64,000 nucleotides of DNA. Origin: Phoronis australis. Taxonomy: Eukaryota > Animalia > Phoronida. The notes below the pieces were generated by a model. The model made no database searches. It saw only the letters and a program-made list of their open reading frames with translations, and was not told the DNA's origin. Of the stretch, positions 22,701 through 37,700 are shown in pieces. The translations under genes and the position numbers were made by a program. Location: positions 78,809 to 142,808 of the forward strand of contig NMRA01000551.1 of assembly GCA_002633005.1 (NCBI GenBank), read 5' to 3'. The stretch's first letter is position 1; each line of letters opens with the position of its first letter.

Positions 22701-25700
22701 ATAGTCTGGTAGCACACTTTTTAACAGTATTGTTTGGTAGCACAGAGTTGTTAACATTATAGTCTGGTAGCACAGACTTTTTAACATTATTGTTTGGTAG
22801 CACAGACTTCTCGACATTATTGTTAGGTAGTATAGACTTCTTATCATTATTGTTTGGTATTACAGACTTGGTAAAGGAGAATGCCACCCAAAAAACAACC
22901 TATTTTGTATCAATTTAGATCGAGTAGTTCTACTCAATAATGGCACGTTCGGTTGCGTTACCTGACACCTGACAGCAAACGAAGGTGTTGAAATTATCCA
23001 ATGACGTCATTGGTTTCACATGAAGTCTGTTCAGCAGTTCACAACACGTGTTACTGGTGTCACCTTATCGCTTGAATTCATAGTGTTACACCAATAAATC
23101 CTCAAACTTCGATGTAAAACCCTTAAAAATACACCGAGTTCTTATAAAAACGTGTTGTTTTATTTCGTTGACACGGATTTATTGGTAGTTGGACACACCG
23201 TAGCCTACAAAGATCAGCAGGCCAATTTACCAAAGGTCCGTAACAGGAGTTTGGGGTCTGTTCGGAAATAATTTCGAAGTAATCTTCCGTGAAATACAGA
23301 CAGGAGAACTTAGATCTGTGTTATTTAGACTTGTGATTTTTTTGAGATCTAAACACACACAAAATGCTTGTTATCTCGGCCAGTGGCTCGGAACCTGATC
23401 AGGCCCGTCGCGGCTGCCGGGACTGGCACGAACATAAACCAGCTTTAGTTGGAAACTAAACCTCCAGTCACGAAAAGACTAAAATAGTGAGCCAAGCAAA
23501 TAATGTGAACGTAATTATTTATGTGAATTAGCCACGAAACTCAAAATCTATACTTGTAGGGGGCCGCGAAGTCGAGTTCCCCTTCCACAGACCGTCAGGG
23601 AAAAGGTTGTACAGTAACAATGATTTGAATAATGTATTTTGTTTTTCTAAATAAAGATTCCCCTAACGTGACAAATCGAGTAATTGTTTCACAACAGTTT
23701 TCTGCCTGCAAACACTGAATTAGCATGCGCTCACACGGCCTCAGTGCCTGGTCAATTACTTTAAGTTTATTGCTGGCATCAAAAGCCGGTAACGCAGTTG
23801 TTTATTCATTGCTGGCTTCTCAACATTTGCAATCAGGAATCAAATACTTCAAAGGCATTACAGATTGTATCTAATGAGACAGACATTGTTTCAGTTCTAC
23901 ATAAGCATTGGTTAGGATGGGAATAATTCATTTTGAAACAGAACGCAGAATAATAAACGTCTACATGGCAACTCGCCCGGCGCCAGTCCCGACTTATAGT
24001 CAAGAGCTCATCCGACGAAAACTTCACAGGTCAGATCTTTAGGTTTCAGTTTGAACCGGAATACATTGATCAAGAAATACTAGAGAGGCGCCGTGAACAT
24101 GCACAGGCAACGGAAAGTATGGATAGTTCTTTGGCAAGCCGGAATTTGTCAGAGAAATCACTGTCGATGAAATGCCCGCCACAGATGCGGAGATGTTTCA
24201 CGGCCTCATACTTGCTGTTTACAGCCTACCTTTCATTCTTCACTATCGCCAGCCACTTCCTAAGCATTTCGGGCTCTCTAGGAATTCGAAATACGATATA
24301 CCCATTTTCTTTGCAGCTTCATAGTTTAGACAAGCCGGAACGATGAACTGCAGACGAACCACTGACGTCGCTGCGTCGTTTCTCACCTTCTTCACAGGTT
24401 AATGCAACACCTCTCGGCAAGGTAAGGTCGACTGTATAAGAGGCGATGTGGATATAGACCGATTAAGACCGTAAAAAAAAATAATTAAATCGGGTGGCAA
24501 TCTCCTTTAACATTACTGTTTGGTACTATAGGCTTCTTAAAATTATTGTTTGATAGTACAGACTTCTTAAAATTAATAGTCAGGGCAAGTGCTATAAAGC
24601 AGCAAAATCTGTTGCACTTTTGTGACTTTATTAGAAATTGCCGATTCCCCGCGACCACTGAGTCTGAATGTCATAAGGCTGATCTCAAAAACAACTCTAC
24701 AACATTCTCGCCAATGACATCACTTCAATAGCATAGTTTGTGATAAAACAACACTTTTCATCGTCTGCAACACTGCAGTCAGCCTTTGAAAATGAACACT
24801 TTGGCGACGATATGTGGAAAGTAACTGAAGAATTACTATACTTGATGCAAAAAATATAAATCACGATAACTGGACTTACTGTAAACCAAATTTCCGAAGT
24901 TGCGAAGGTGTCAGATTTAAACTATCCGACTCATGGTCCAGGGCCTTGCAGTTGTAGAAGAACACCGGCAGAAGGCGACAAGATTTTCACAGAAAACGGA
25001 CAGTCATCAATCCCCAGTAGTAGAGTGAGCATAGTTTTGTAACATCGGGAAATTTGTTATACAGTAAGTCCAGCAGTCATGATTTATAATTTTTGCATTT
25101 CTTTATTGACCTGGGTGAATAATAATATCCATCGTCTAATTACATTACTTAGCAACTCCCTTTTCAGACGTTAACCCAACACTTCAAACATCTATGCACG
25201 CCTACGATACTTCTTCAATCATTTCGCACAAAAAGAATTGTCATTTTTCTATTTCTCAAAGTCTGATTACCTCACTGCAAATAATTTAAACTTAACCAAA
25301 TGTTGGTTTACGAAATCTCCACAGAAAAAGGTTTAAAATAGACTACACTACTTCCATCTTTATTTTTGTTTGAGAAATTTGACAAAATAAAATTCCATGT
25401 CCGCCATCTTGTGACCTAAACAGCTGAAAACTCATACATTCTGAAAAACAATGCAAGACAACGTTTATGTTACTTAGCAAGGAATCTAATCAGATATCCT
25501 CTTCCATCAATACCTGGTTCATTGGCGTGGCGTACATGGGCTGGGCGACTCTTCTGATCCCCAGCTGAGTTGCGTGCCATACATTCGTACACACCCATAG
25601 CATCATGCTGGGCATTCTTAATCATCAATGTGCCATCTTGCAACACGCTAAAATGGGATTCGTCAGTTCCTCTCAACACTTTGTCAATTTCACGTCTGGA

Positions 25701-28700
25701 ACACAAAAGCAGAATCTTCTTATTACATGTAAAAAATTCACAGTCTTCTCATTATGGTGCATGAATTACAATAAAATGGAGTAATGATGACATATTAACT
25801 AATTTTTATAACTAATTTATTTTATTCATTAATCTTTTCAATCTAATTCTACATTGCTCTCTGTATTTTACTTCATTTAATAACTTCCGTCTGGGTCCAC
25901 TTGAAAATCGGTGTATTCACTGAAGTGGTCACCCAGTCTTTTAAAGAAGTTTAAATAAATAAGTAAATAAATAAACAATATTGAACAGTATTCAACAGAA
26001 ATCAACAATTTCAGTTAAATGCTGTCCTGTTTACTTTTGAATAAACAAATTGAGAACCATGAGCAAACACAAGAGAAGTAACATGTTAAAACATTTTCTG
26101 TCAGATATTACTACTTTAGAATTCCTACCAATACAGCCTTAGCATTATGTCTACCCCCCAGTACAATCTTGTTTCAAAAAGATGAAGCCAATAGACATAT
26201 TCCACTCCATTTCTTGTAACACCCTGCTCATGAACAGGACTATACAACTGCTGCATGCTTCAGACTCTAGCACCATTAGGGCAAGTGGTTTAAATCAAAA
26301 GTTGCTTTATCTGATGGAAGGCTGGGTTTATAGATGATTGAACAATTTATAAAAAATACGACTTACTGATTGTGGTACCATGTAATATTCGGAACAGGGT
26401 CACCCTCAGCTCGGCATCTTAAATAAATAGTATTCCCAAAGTGGACTTCAACGTCATTAGGGTGGGTGGTGATATCAGGCTTCTCTGAAAGCACAAAAAT
26501 AACTCAGACTCGGTCGGTCGTCAAGGTAGAAAATGCACAGCATACTTATAATCAAGAGTTAAAAACCTGAAAGAGTTCATCTAAATGAGATTTTGTCTAT
26601 TTCAACAAATTGAAATTTGATTCAAGGAAATCCTCCATTAATTACAGTAACGTAAGCAACGTTTGAAACATGGAAAAATGAAAACTTTAACAATTATTTT
26701 TGTGCAAATTGAAGAATTTACATATCTTATCACATGAGTGGCGCAATGATTCAAGCAAAGGTCAAAGGTCAGATAACTTACGGCATCTGAACTCATCATG
26801 GGTGATTTTCTGTACTGACTTGCCCTGTAGTTCGGCAGGGTACATACAGGTGGCAGCAGCTTGAGTCTCATCATGTTCATTCAACATATCCGCTAACCAC
26901 ATCATCTGGCAGTCACACACCAGGGCATTAGAGTCGAGTCGCCTGTCAAGTACAAAGTTAGGATATACCAGCATCCAAATGTAATACCTCTAAGAATGTT
27001 TACAAAATTGTGTGCATCTTACACAGGTATACAAATAACTCAGTGCTCACTAGATGGAGCTACTTAAAATTAAGTAAGGGCATCTGGAATATTTCAGGGC
27101 CTGTGTATTTCCTCTCTGCATTTATTGTAGTACTGTGTGGTCAGGATGCAATGCAAAATTGATTTCCTGTCTATTGAAGGCTCAGAAGCAGGCGGTCACA
27201 CTTATTCTCGGTGTGCCTTTTGACAATCCATCGACTCGTATGTTTGACAGACTGGAATGGCTACCTGTTGACAAATATTTTAGATATAGGCGTTTGTGTA
27301 TGATGCATAAGTGTTTTCACAATAATGTACCAACTCAGTTGTCCCCAGACACAGAACTTCATTGTACTTTAAGTGCTTTTATATTCAAGCCATTCGACAA
27401 TGGAACGATTTACTAAAGGAGGCTGATGGTTGTGATGATTTCAGACACAAACTCATCAGTTACCTGTGAATGTGGTCATCATGGCTGTCCCTCACTTCGT
27501 TTTCAGTTGTGTCATTGTATACACCATATAAAAGTTTTGATTTATTTCTAATTGAATTTGTAAATTTAACTTGTAAAACATTCTTTTAAATTAATGTAAC
27601 TTAGTTTACTCTATCTTAAATTATTGAATTTATTGCTGTGAGAGGATCATGCTGTATATTAGGCTTTGACTAAAGCATGTTTTCAAAATTCATTGTATTT
27701 TATTCTCTATAAATTAAATTTATCATAAAGGACCTCTTCTTATAATACGCAAAACACTGAGAACAGGAAATTGTTTTCGAAGTATGGAGACAGCTGTGGA
27801 TAAGGGTCCCGTGTGACTTGGAACACATACGTTTCTACAAACGGGGGCTTAGTTTTCTGGGTCAGTTTGCAAAGAACTAATCTGCTGCATAAGTTGCTGC
27901 CTGAAGTCAAGCCATTGTCCAACAGTTGTAATATGCATTTAATGGCAAGCTGATGCAACTGAGGCCATTTAGTAGTCAGCTAATAAAAACAGATGATATC
28001 ACCAGCATGTTTGTTTATTTGACTAAGTGGCTCTTATGACAGATCTATATTAACCTAATTTACAAGTTCCTGTATTGCAAGTTGTAGGCTTAGTTGTCAA
28101 AACTACATGTGTTTGGGTGCTGCTGAGGGGGAGGGAATATTGCTATGGTTGGAAACAAAAGGACGAGATAATTAGCATATACGTGAGTGCAAAACAATGA
28201 CACTTGAGAAAACAAATCTAAACACTAAGTAATTAACACATACTTTCTAATGTGCATGTCTGCACTTATTTTAGTCATGTATTCCGGGACGATGAAACGT
28301 TTACAAGCAGAACCACACTAAGACTTTACAACAAGTCTAAACAAAGCTGTGCCGTTCACAGTGCACGCCGTTCACAGTGCACGCCGTTCACAGTGCACGC
28401 CGTTCACAGTACACGCCATTCACAGTACACGCCGTTTACAGTACACGCCGTTCACAGAACATGCCGTTCACAGTACACACCGTTCACAGAACATGCCGTT
28501 CACAGTACACACCGTTCACAGTACACGCCGTTCACAGAACATGCCGTTCACAGTACACACCGTTCACAGTACACGCCGTTCACAGTACACGCCGTTCACA
28601 GTACACGGCAATTCTCCACAAAAAACAATCGTCAAAATTATAATTTATTCCATTATTCAAGGGCTGCTTACTTTACTACAAAAAGTGGAAACTTCACCAA

Positions 28701-31700
28701 ATTTTGTGTTAAAACATACACACAATACAAACTTTGCTAATGATAGACTAAAATGTTCTAATCTTCATTTTTATGAAGAAATTTGAAAAAACAGAATTTT
28801 TCTTGTCGGCCATAGTTTGTGCTAAATGAGTGACGAATTTACAGTGAATGAATGTGATAGGTACGCGCCAGGCACTTCACGATCATGTGTGCACACATTG
28901 GCCAAAACTCTACCAAGAACAATGCATAGTCTTTACTGACCTACGGTACTTTGTTGTAATTCAATTAACCTTTTTTCACAACTAAGACAACAAATAATAT
29001 AAAGCATGGTATCGCTGATGCCCGTGACACTACAGATCAAAACTGCAAACTGACTATGCACGTCAGTAGACATTAATAAGTTACCCTGCCTACCAGCTTT
29101 CATATTTATTAGTGAGTAAAACAAGTCTAGCTTGACAAATCTGCACAGGGCCACATTTCATTACAGAGATCTTGACCAAAAGAAAAATGTGAACACTGAC
29201 TTTTTTATCTTGTCCACTATACATGCTTTTGATTTGACATTAATGAAACTGTCTGTCCTTGACAATGTGAACTGATGTTAAAAATTATGGAAATGTATTG
29301 CAAAAATAGCAATCTTTCCCTGAATCAAATATAAAAATTTGCTTCTTTTGACAAGTTTAATTGTCTTAGGTTAAATAGGGCATCTTAAATTAAATTGTCA
29401 TGGTATTAAACTCTTTCTTGGTGTTCGAGACTCATACAATGGTCACCCACAAATCAAATCAAGCCAAGACAGAGTGCAGGCCCTGTTGAATTACAGTGTA
29501 TAAACAAGTATGTCAGTAACTGATCTTTTCCTAAATGAATAAATGGATCTCTGAAGTGTCTGATATTGAGAAGCAACGTGAAGACAGCCTACCAACTGTC
29601 TGCGCAAGACTTGAGACTGCTACCTTATTCATTCACACTGATGTTTTCTTATATGACTCAGAGTTTAAGGTCCACATATATGAGGTTAGAGACGGAAATG
29701 GGAAAAGTATGGGAACTCCACATGGCAAGTGTACTCATGACAACAGCTGGTTTTGGAAGAGCAGGCACCTTGAACTTGAAATAAGCTACATGTGATTGAC
29801 CTTTCACACAGTTCAGTGAACTGAGAATGAATCTTGAATGTGCAGTTGTTTACCTAGTAGAGCTTTTAATCATGACAAGGACTGCTATATTTCTTCAAAA
29901 GAAAATCTTTATGCAGTTCAATGAACTGAGAATTAATTTTGGCTGTTTAGGTAACCAAACGTTTTATGGCGGCAATTATTACTTCATTTCAATAGTTGCT
30001 ATTGCTTGGTTCCCTATAATTAACTTATGTACCAACTATTTTTAACACCCGGAACTCTGACATTTTGCAACATGTGCAAGCCAGCATTATTCAAGGAAAT
30101 TTCATCACAATGGAAATAAGGTATTTATCTAAGAATTAGTTGTCATGTCCAACTCCATGCCTTTGAAACAAATGAGACAATGGACTTTCAGAAGATAAGC
30201 AAATTATACATAAAATGTCTTGACACATTTTCTTTCCCAAATGACTATTCATCTATCATAAGTAAGTTTTTGTAACATATTTACTGATGCCCACTTTGCT
30301 TCGTGCACAAAAGTCCTATACATTCTTCAAAAACTGCTCAATCAGATGTTTTTCTGACAAAAAAGAGAAAACCAGTACCACAGTTCCTCTGCCAGCCACT
30401 GCGACCTTTGGAAGAAGTGATGAGAAAATGAACCTAAACAAAACAACTTACAATCTCTTGAGCTTCTCGACCTTTGTAAAGAGGCCTGGGGGTAGTCTTC
30501 TCAGTTTGTTGTTGTGGAGAAATCTGCAATAGAATGTGAATGGTATGAGACAGGTTGGTGGTGCACGACACTTGACATCCTGTCTAGGGCTGCGTTCTGC
30601 AGACAGCATACATTTCCCTAAGTGTTACATTGCACTTTACAATGTTCTACAGTACCTTAGTACGTTCATAATAAATTATTTTGAAAAGCTGTGGATGTTC
30701 ACAACTAATGAACAGCAGTTTTGGTGCTTTGTCTAAAATTGGTGCAGTTCTACGATAAGAAACCGAATGGCAGATGACACAGCACACAATTACACCCACC
30801 GTGACAGAACACTTCACTATGTGCGTATCTCAGGTAAATGTAATAGAAACTATTTCTAACAGAATATATTTCCAAAAGATGTTGTCACTACATTTTCACT
30901 AAATGACAAGTGGCACCTATTTTCCACCTGGAACCATTAGGAGAAAACACAGCCAAACAGAAAGTCCATTATAGTGTTCTCCACACTCTGTTTTGACTCA
31001 CTTTAGTAACAGAGTTTGAACTTTGCTGCATACAGTGTAGCTCCATGGGTTAGGCTCACCTGCGTTGAGTATACAAGTCAATGCAACTAGTTTGAACAAA
31101 TGGGACAGGAGTAACTTCTTCAACAAAAACGAGACATCTTGGACGTTTGACACCAATTTAATGTACTGATTCCATGGCGAGTTTCATTTTCTGTTGCGGA
31201 GAACATTAATGCCATGAACAATATGACAAGCCTGGTCCCCCAATCACACATTCTACAGCACCACGACATGACAAGTCTGGTCTCCCACTCAGACATTCTA
31301 CAGGACCCTAATACGATTCCCAAAATCATGGCCAAAGGGGTAACATTTTCAGATAGAAACACTGTTCTCGAAAATATGCTAAAATGGTCACTTAACATAA
31401 TAGCATCCTTGAAACGTAGAAATAGGATATAATTTTATTGAAAAGGATGTAATAAGCAAAAACAGTTAAAGATGAGCTTGAAAGACTCAGTGTCTTTTCA
31501 TTTTGGGCTACAAAGGATAAAAATACCATAAAAATCCTTTTTTAGGGTATGATTTAAAAACATGGGACCATCATGAGTGAACACCCATTTTTCCAAGTGG
31601 GAGGACCAGGCAGACAGCAGTTACATCCATTGCAGCTGTGACCAGAACCCATCCCCAACTGAATACATTTGTATAAACAGTGCACAGTTCATGACCTCCT

Positions 31701-34700
31701 GATTCTAACCAAATGTTTTGTGGCATATTGGTCCACCCAAACCTGGTGGTGGCAATCATAACACAGGAAACACTACCTCCATCACATAACGATATATAAG
31801 ATTGAGCAGACGTGTTAGTGTCTTTGTTAACTGCAACATATCAATCCTTAAAAAACATCAGACCATACCAGGCAATTATTGCATGCTGTTTGTACTAAAA
31901 TAAGCAAGACTTTTGCAAATCAAAACAGTTTTGAATAAGACCACCAGTAGAGGGCAGTACTCTCAGGACTGTAGTGCTCAGAAGAGGAAAGCGAAACTTA
32001 CAATCTCTGCAAGGAAGGCAAATTAGCAAATGTTTCTGACTGTAACTCTTGGATGGCATTGAAATGGATGTACCTGAAAAGGATCACATTTGTTATGAGA
32101 TCACTGTACATACTGTGAAACTTATCAGTCATGACAAGGCTCAGGAAATGCTCGAAGAACCTTAGAATAACAAAAATAACAATAGCTATTTCTTAAATCA
32201 TAATTCTAAGATAATAAACTAGGAATTTCTGTCTGCACTCCAACGAGGAAATGCATGAGAGCATATTCGTCATTTTTCTGAAAAGGCTTTCAAAAAGGGA
32301 GCCTTTACCGTATTATTTTGTCTGCCACGTTTCCCAAAGGACGCAATGTTCAGCAAATTTTGCAACAAAACATTTTTCTGTGCCAAAAAAGCTCATTGTA
32401 GTTTGAATACATCTGCAAGTGCCCTTGACAGAGTTACAAACGTAACAGTTGCATAAATTTCTTGTGCCACATGCTCAAATTTTAATTTGGAATATCTAAA
32501 AGCATCAAAAAGATTATTTCCTAACAGAAGCCAATTTTCCTTATGAAGCCAAGCAAACAATTTTAGTCAATGATAATTTAACTACGATGACCACAAGACA
32601 TCATTTGCTTCACAATCATGGGAAAACTTAATTTTGTTGGTGTCGGAAATTAAAGATTTACTATCAGCATTCATTCTGATCTTTTAGAATCAAGCTCTCA
32701 AGGAAACCACAGAATCTTAGTTGGCAGTAAAAATGGCCACTAGGTGGCACAAAATTCCTCGAATCCACATAAAAATGGAAGAATTGCGTCAGCTCACCAA
32801 TAGATGCCTATATTCTCAATTTTATGAAAATCCGTTGAGGACCTTTGAAGATACAGAGATGAACATAAAAAACTAAAATTGCCACTAGGGAGCACAACGG
32901 TAACCAGATCCGTCCAAAAATCATCGTCCTCTGTTGTCAACTTCATATAAATTTACTTTCTAAATTTAGTAAGCATCCTGCACAGGAGATAAAGCCATGG
33001 GCGCAAAAAAAAACTGCCACTAAGAGGCGCCACAGTAGTCAAAGTCGTTGGAAAGTCATCGTCAGCCGTCCTCTTCATAGTAAGAACATACATGCCAATT
33101 TTCACAATCATCCTTAGAGTCGTTTGGTTGACAGAGGGATGGACACCAAAAACAGTAAAAAATGGCCTCTAGGTGGCGCAAAATACCTCGAGTCCATTTG
33201 AAAATGGGTGGGTAGCGTCATCTTTCTAATAGATGCCTATATGCCAGGTTTTATGAAAATCCGCCAAAAACCTTTGAAGATACGGAGGTAAACGTAGAAA
33301 ATTAAAATTGCCACTAGGGAGCACACCCGTAGTCAGATCTGTCCGAAAGTATGCTCATGCTGTCCCATTCACGAAAGGAACACATGTCCAAAACTTCATC
33401 AATGTGCATCAAAGGGTTTTGGAGACAGAGCAGCAGACGCCGGACGGACGCCAGACGGATGGACAGGGATGACGGCATAATGTGTCCACATGTAAATAAT
33501 TGTGGGCACATAAAAAGCACATGAAATTTTTATGAAAATGACCTAATAATAAAAACAGAAGTATAATTTGACTGACAGTTGTATCAGGGGAGAATTATGC
33601 AAATTAAGCTTAGACGTTTCTCAAGATTTGGTGAGAAAATTTTTACCTCTAGTTGAAAAATTTGAAGAGAAATAATCTCTAGCGGTATATTTACCCATCA
33701 CAGCCCAGGAAAGGGCAGTGGGGTCTGTCTATATTATCATCATCATCATCATCATCATCATTATCAATCATCATTATTAACATTCCAGAATGTATCATGA
33801 CAAATTAGCTATCCAGTTTCAAGTCTCAAATAAACAGTGTCCCATATGGCACCAAGTTAATAGAAAACAGTAACAAACCCCTCTGGTCAACCTGCTGTTC
33901 TCCCTGTTGGGCATACTGTCCGGACTACTCAGCAATCAACAGGGTACTGTAAACTGGCTGTTGGCGGTTTGTTTTTGACCAACTGTCTACTACAGTGGAC
34001 ACACTCTCAAATTAACTCATTGAGCCAAATGCACAAGCAGACATTGTAGCCAGATCAGATACTCTGACTGCAATGACAGAAGACTGGCTCCTCCCATCAA
34101 GGAGGAAGACTGTCACTGTTTGCATTTCCCTGCCTCATTGAAAGTCTTATAATACTCCATTTACACTTTGGTTAGAGCCCCGTTCACACTACCGATAACC
34201 CCCCCGCCCCCGTTTACATGATGGGTAAACCCCTGGGCATTAGTATAAAAGGTAACTTGTTCAGGTATATTTAACTGACATGGCAGGAGCGACCAGTTTA
34301 CTCCACTGTGAAGACATGACTACAGGGAGTGAAGATGAGGGATGATGGCAGATGGGTACTTGTATCAGATACTTTACTGCATTAGGGGAAATCTAGTTGG
34401 CAACCAGGGAACTGTAAGACCGAGGACAGTGGTGGAAAAAGGTGGCAATAGTTTTCACCTTTCTGTTCCAGATTAACTTGTGAATTTTTTATTTTCTGAT
34501 GTCGGCCATATTGCGTACTAAATCAATGAGATTTTACCACAATTCCATACCTATGGCCTAGACACCAACTACACTACTCTACAAATCACCTATTTGCCAG
34601 CAATTTTAGAGTGTCACCTACGGGACCTTCGCAGCTGAAGTTGCAAATTTTTTAGATAAATGCTCATTAATTTAGGACACAACAAAACTGACAATGAAAT

Positions 34701-37700
34701 GTTATTTTTTGTTTTACATTGTATCTACCATTAGAAAACATTTTGAGAAATAACAGGCATTCACAACAATCCCAAAACTTCCCATGAAAAATGAAGTAGA
34801 ACGATTTTGGCAATTATTTTTGTCTGGACTTGGTGAGATCTCATCATAACATGACCCTGAAACACTCATGACTTTCACACTTTCCTCGCTGATGAACATG
34901 GACATTCAACTTACAGCCATAATCACAAACATGAGCTACAGAAATACTTACAATTGCTCCAGATTATCAAGACCATTGAAAGCTTTACTGTCTATGTCCT
35001 TGATTTGGTTTCTGTACAAATACCTGCAAAACAAAACAACAAACAATAACTCTTAATTTCATCTCACCAGAACAACCCAAACATCACAAAAACACAGTAA
35101 ATCTCCACTTGTTTTACACAAAACTAATCACCAAAACTGCCATTTTCCGTCCGTGTTTCAAACGCCGATTACAGTGCTACAAATCACGGAACACTTACTA
35201 CAACTTTTTATGACATCTACAAAGTACAGACCATGCTAGCAATGGACAAAATTTGTCTTAATCTTCATTTTTGTGGAGAAATTTCACAAAACACAATTTC
35301 ACCTGTCTACTAAATAAGTGAATACTTAGTGTCCCCCGTCCCTAGACAGCAGTACTAACACAATTCATCAGTATTTTACCACATACTGTTGAAATGGCAT
35401 TGAACTCATGCATTCTGCCAAAAAACAAGTTTCGATTAAGGTAACTTACCATTATATAACTGGTTTTGTTTCTTACTCAATTTAAAAGTGATATCTGTAC
35501 TTGGAAGAATTGACAGTCCATTTATCGTCAGACCACAAACACATGATCTGCAGACACAACCAACCTTCAGGAACTGTCAATTCTTTCCAAGTCACACCTA
35601 AAGAACAACTCCAGATCAATGTCACAAGTTTAAGTGGACTGAATCAAAACTTGTTTTTTACAGAAAGCACAGGATTAAAGCAGCCTTAAATCATGCCAGT
35701 CGTCACATTGACCTCTCTAATGCCAATAAAGGTTTGCTGATGCAGAGTGAATTCTCATGCAGACAACAAGAAATTGGAAGGCTTGCACAAATATATTTGT
35801 AAATGTTCAATGTAAGGTTTTGCTTGTTTGACTTTAGGTGCCTGACATGTTCAATCTGGACCAGTCTTTGTACCCTCTGTGCAAGAGGAAAGTTCAATTC
35901 ATAGCTAAATCAAATCAAATTACTTTCAACTCTAATTGTAACAAGATTCCATAATGTCAACCAACAAAACGATTTTATAAAACCTTTGCATGTTTAGCTA
36001 GAAACTGTTCATATGCAGAGTTTATATTGTCACAGAAAAATGCAATCTTTTATTACTCAAAAATCTTACCAATTTTGTGGACAAAACAATTGGCTGAATT
36101 TACCATTTTTCATTTTCTGAAGAGTCGTAACATTGTGAAAGCCTAGTTTTTCAAAACATTGTCCAATGGTAGCTATAGTGTACAACTTAAAACTGATAAA
36201 GCCTGTGCTACTTATATGAAAAAATGAAAATAATATTGCACTTGCCCACTGAGTTTTGCATGTTAAAGCAACAATAAGTCATGTTCTGATATAAAAATCA
36301 TTAATTTTATTTACAGTCATGTTTGCTCTCCCAAAGCACTGACATAACATTCGCATCATTGGATTGAATTGAAAGAGATTACAATAAATGGCCAGGATTT
36401 CCCTGATGGTCATACTTTACGGTCAATTCAAGTTAATCCTGCATGATAAAGTAATGAGAGCTTGGTGTGAAGAACAATGACCTTCTGTTGTTCTCAAGTA
36501 CAGAAGTCAACCTGCATAAGGAGCAACATGACACCCATTTTATAACAATAATGTCGCAACTTCCATGTTTCAAGGAGTTTCCCTGGGAAAACATAACTCT
36601 CAGACTTAAAACTGCCACCGTAACTCCTCTCAAAATAGGAAGATCAAACTGTGGAGTTGTACAACTATCCTGCAATGGGAAAGGTCAACTCCACTCTGAC
36701 CACAGTAATCACCAGAGGTTACAACATGCAACACACCAGTTCAACCGAGAAAGCGTATCAACACCGACTGGTGTACAATCCCTAGAACTAGCTGTAACTG
36801 CAATGTCACTACCAAACAGGAGTTAGAGGAAAGGGAAGTGAAGTTGTTGTGGGCCAGAGTGGGACAGTGACACAAGTGACCATAATCAAGGTGTGGTAGG
36901 TCAGAGACATAAGACATGGGTTCATTGCACCTTTAAAAGCTGCAACAATGCACAGTCAGTGTACTTACAGGTATCGCAACTTGCCAAGTCCTTCAAAGGC
37001 TCCAGCGTCTAATTTTGTTATGTGGTTATTATTTAGCAATCTGAAAGAGACATGTCAAGTCAATTATTGAGGAAATGATATTGTCTGACAAATGGCACAC
37101 ACACACATGCATACTTACTCACACATGCACACATATGCACCTACACACACGCTTGCACTCATCCACATGCACACATGCAAATGCAAACGCACTGGCACAT
37201 ACATGCACACACACTCAAACATGCACAGATATGCACATTCACCCACACATGGATGTACATGCACTCACACACACATGCAGGCACATGCACCTACACACAC
37301 ATTTGTACTAGTTTACATGCACACACATACGTATACGCACGCATTCCCACCCACACATGCATGCACAAATGCACATGCACTCACATAAACATGCACACGT
37401 GTGCACGTGTGCCCAATAGGGGCAGTAATTTCTTTGAAGTCTTTCAAGTTCTACACTGATCACCCACACATGCATGTACAAATGCACATGCACTCACATA
37501 AACATGCACACGTATGCACGTGTGCCCAATAGGGGCAGTAATTTCTTTGAAGTCTTTCAAGTTCTACACTGATCACTACATTCAATGTTACGGTAATTCC
37601 GTAAATCTGCCTCAAACTTTGGGCCATGTCTGTAATTTCAAAGCAAATGAGAGAGTTTGGTTCTTAAAGTGAGGAAATCTTTTTAAAAAGATTCATTCCA

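Noticed and set aside
21828-22887. Many ORFs up to 262 aa (YQTIML / LPNNNV repeats)
   Set aside because: Satellite translation in multiple frames; no splice or coding support
28252-28786. His/Thr-rich ORFs in three frames
   Set aside because: 16-bp minisatellite artefact
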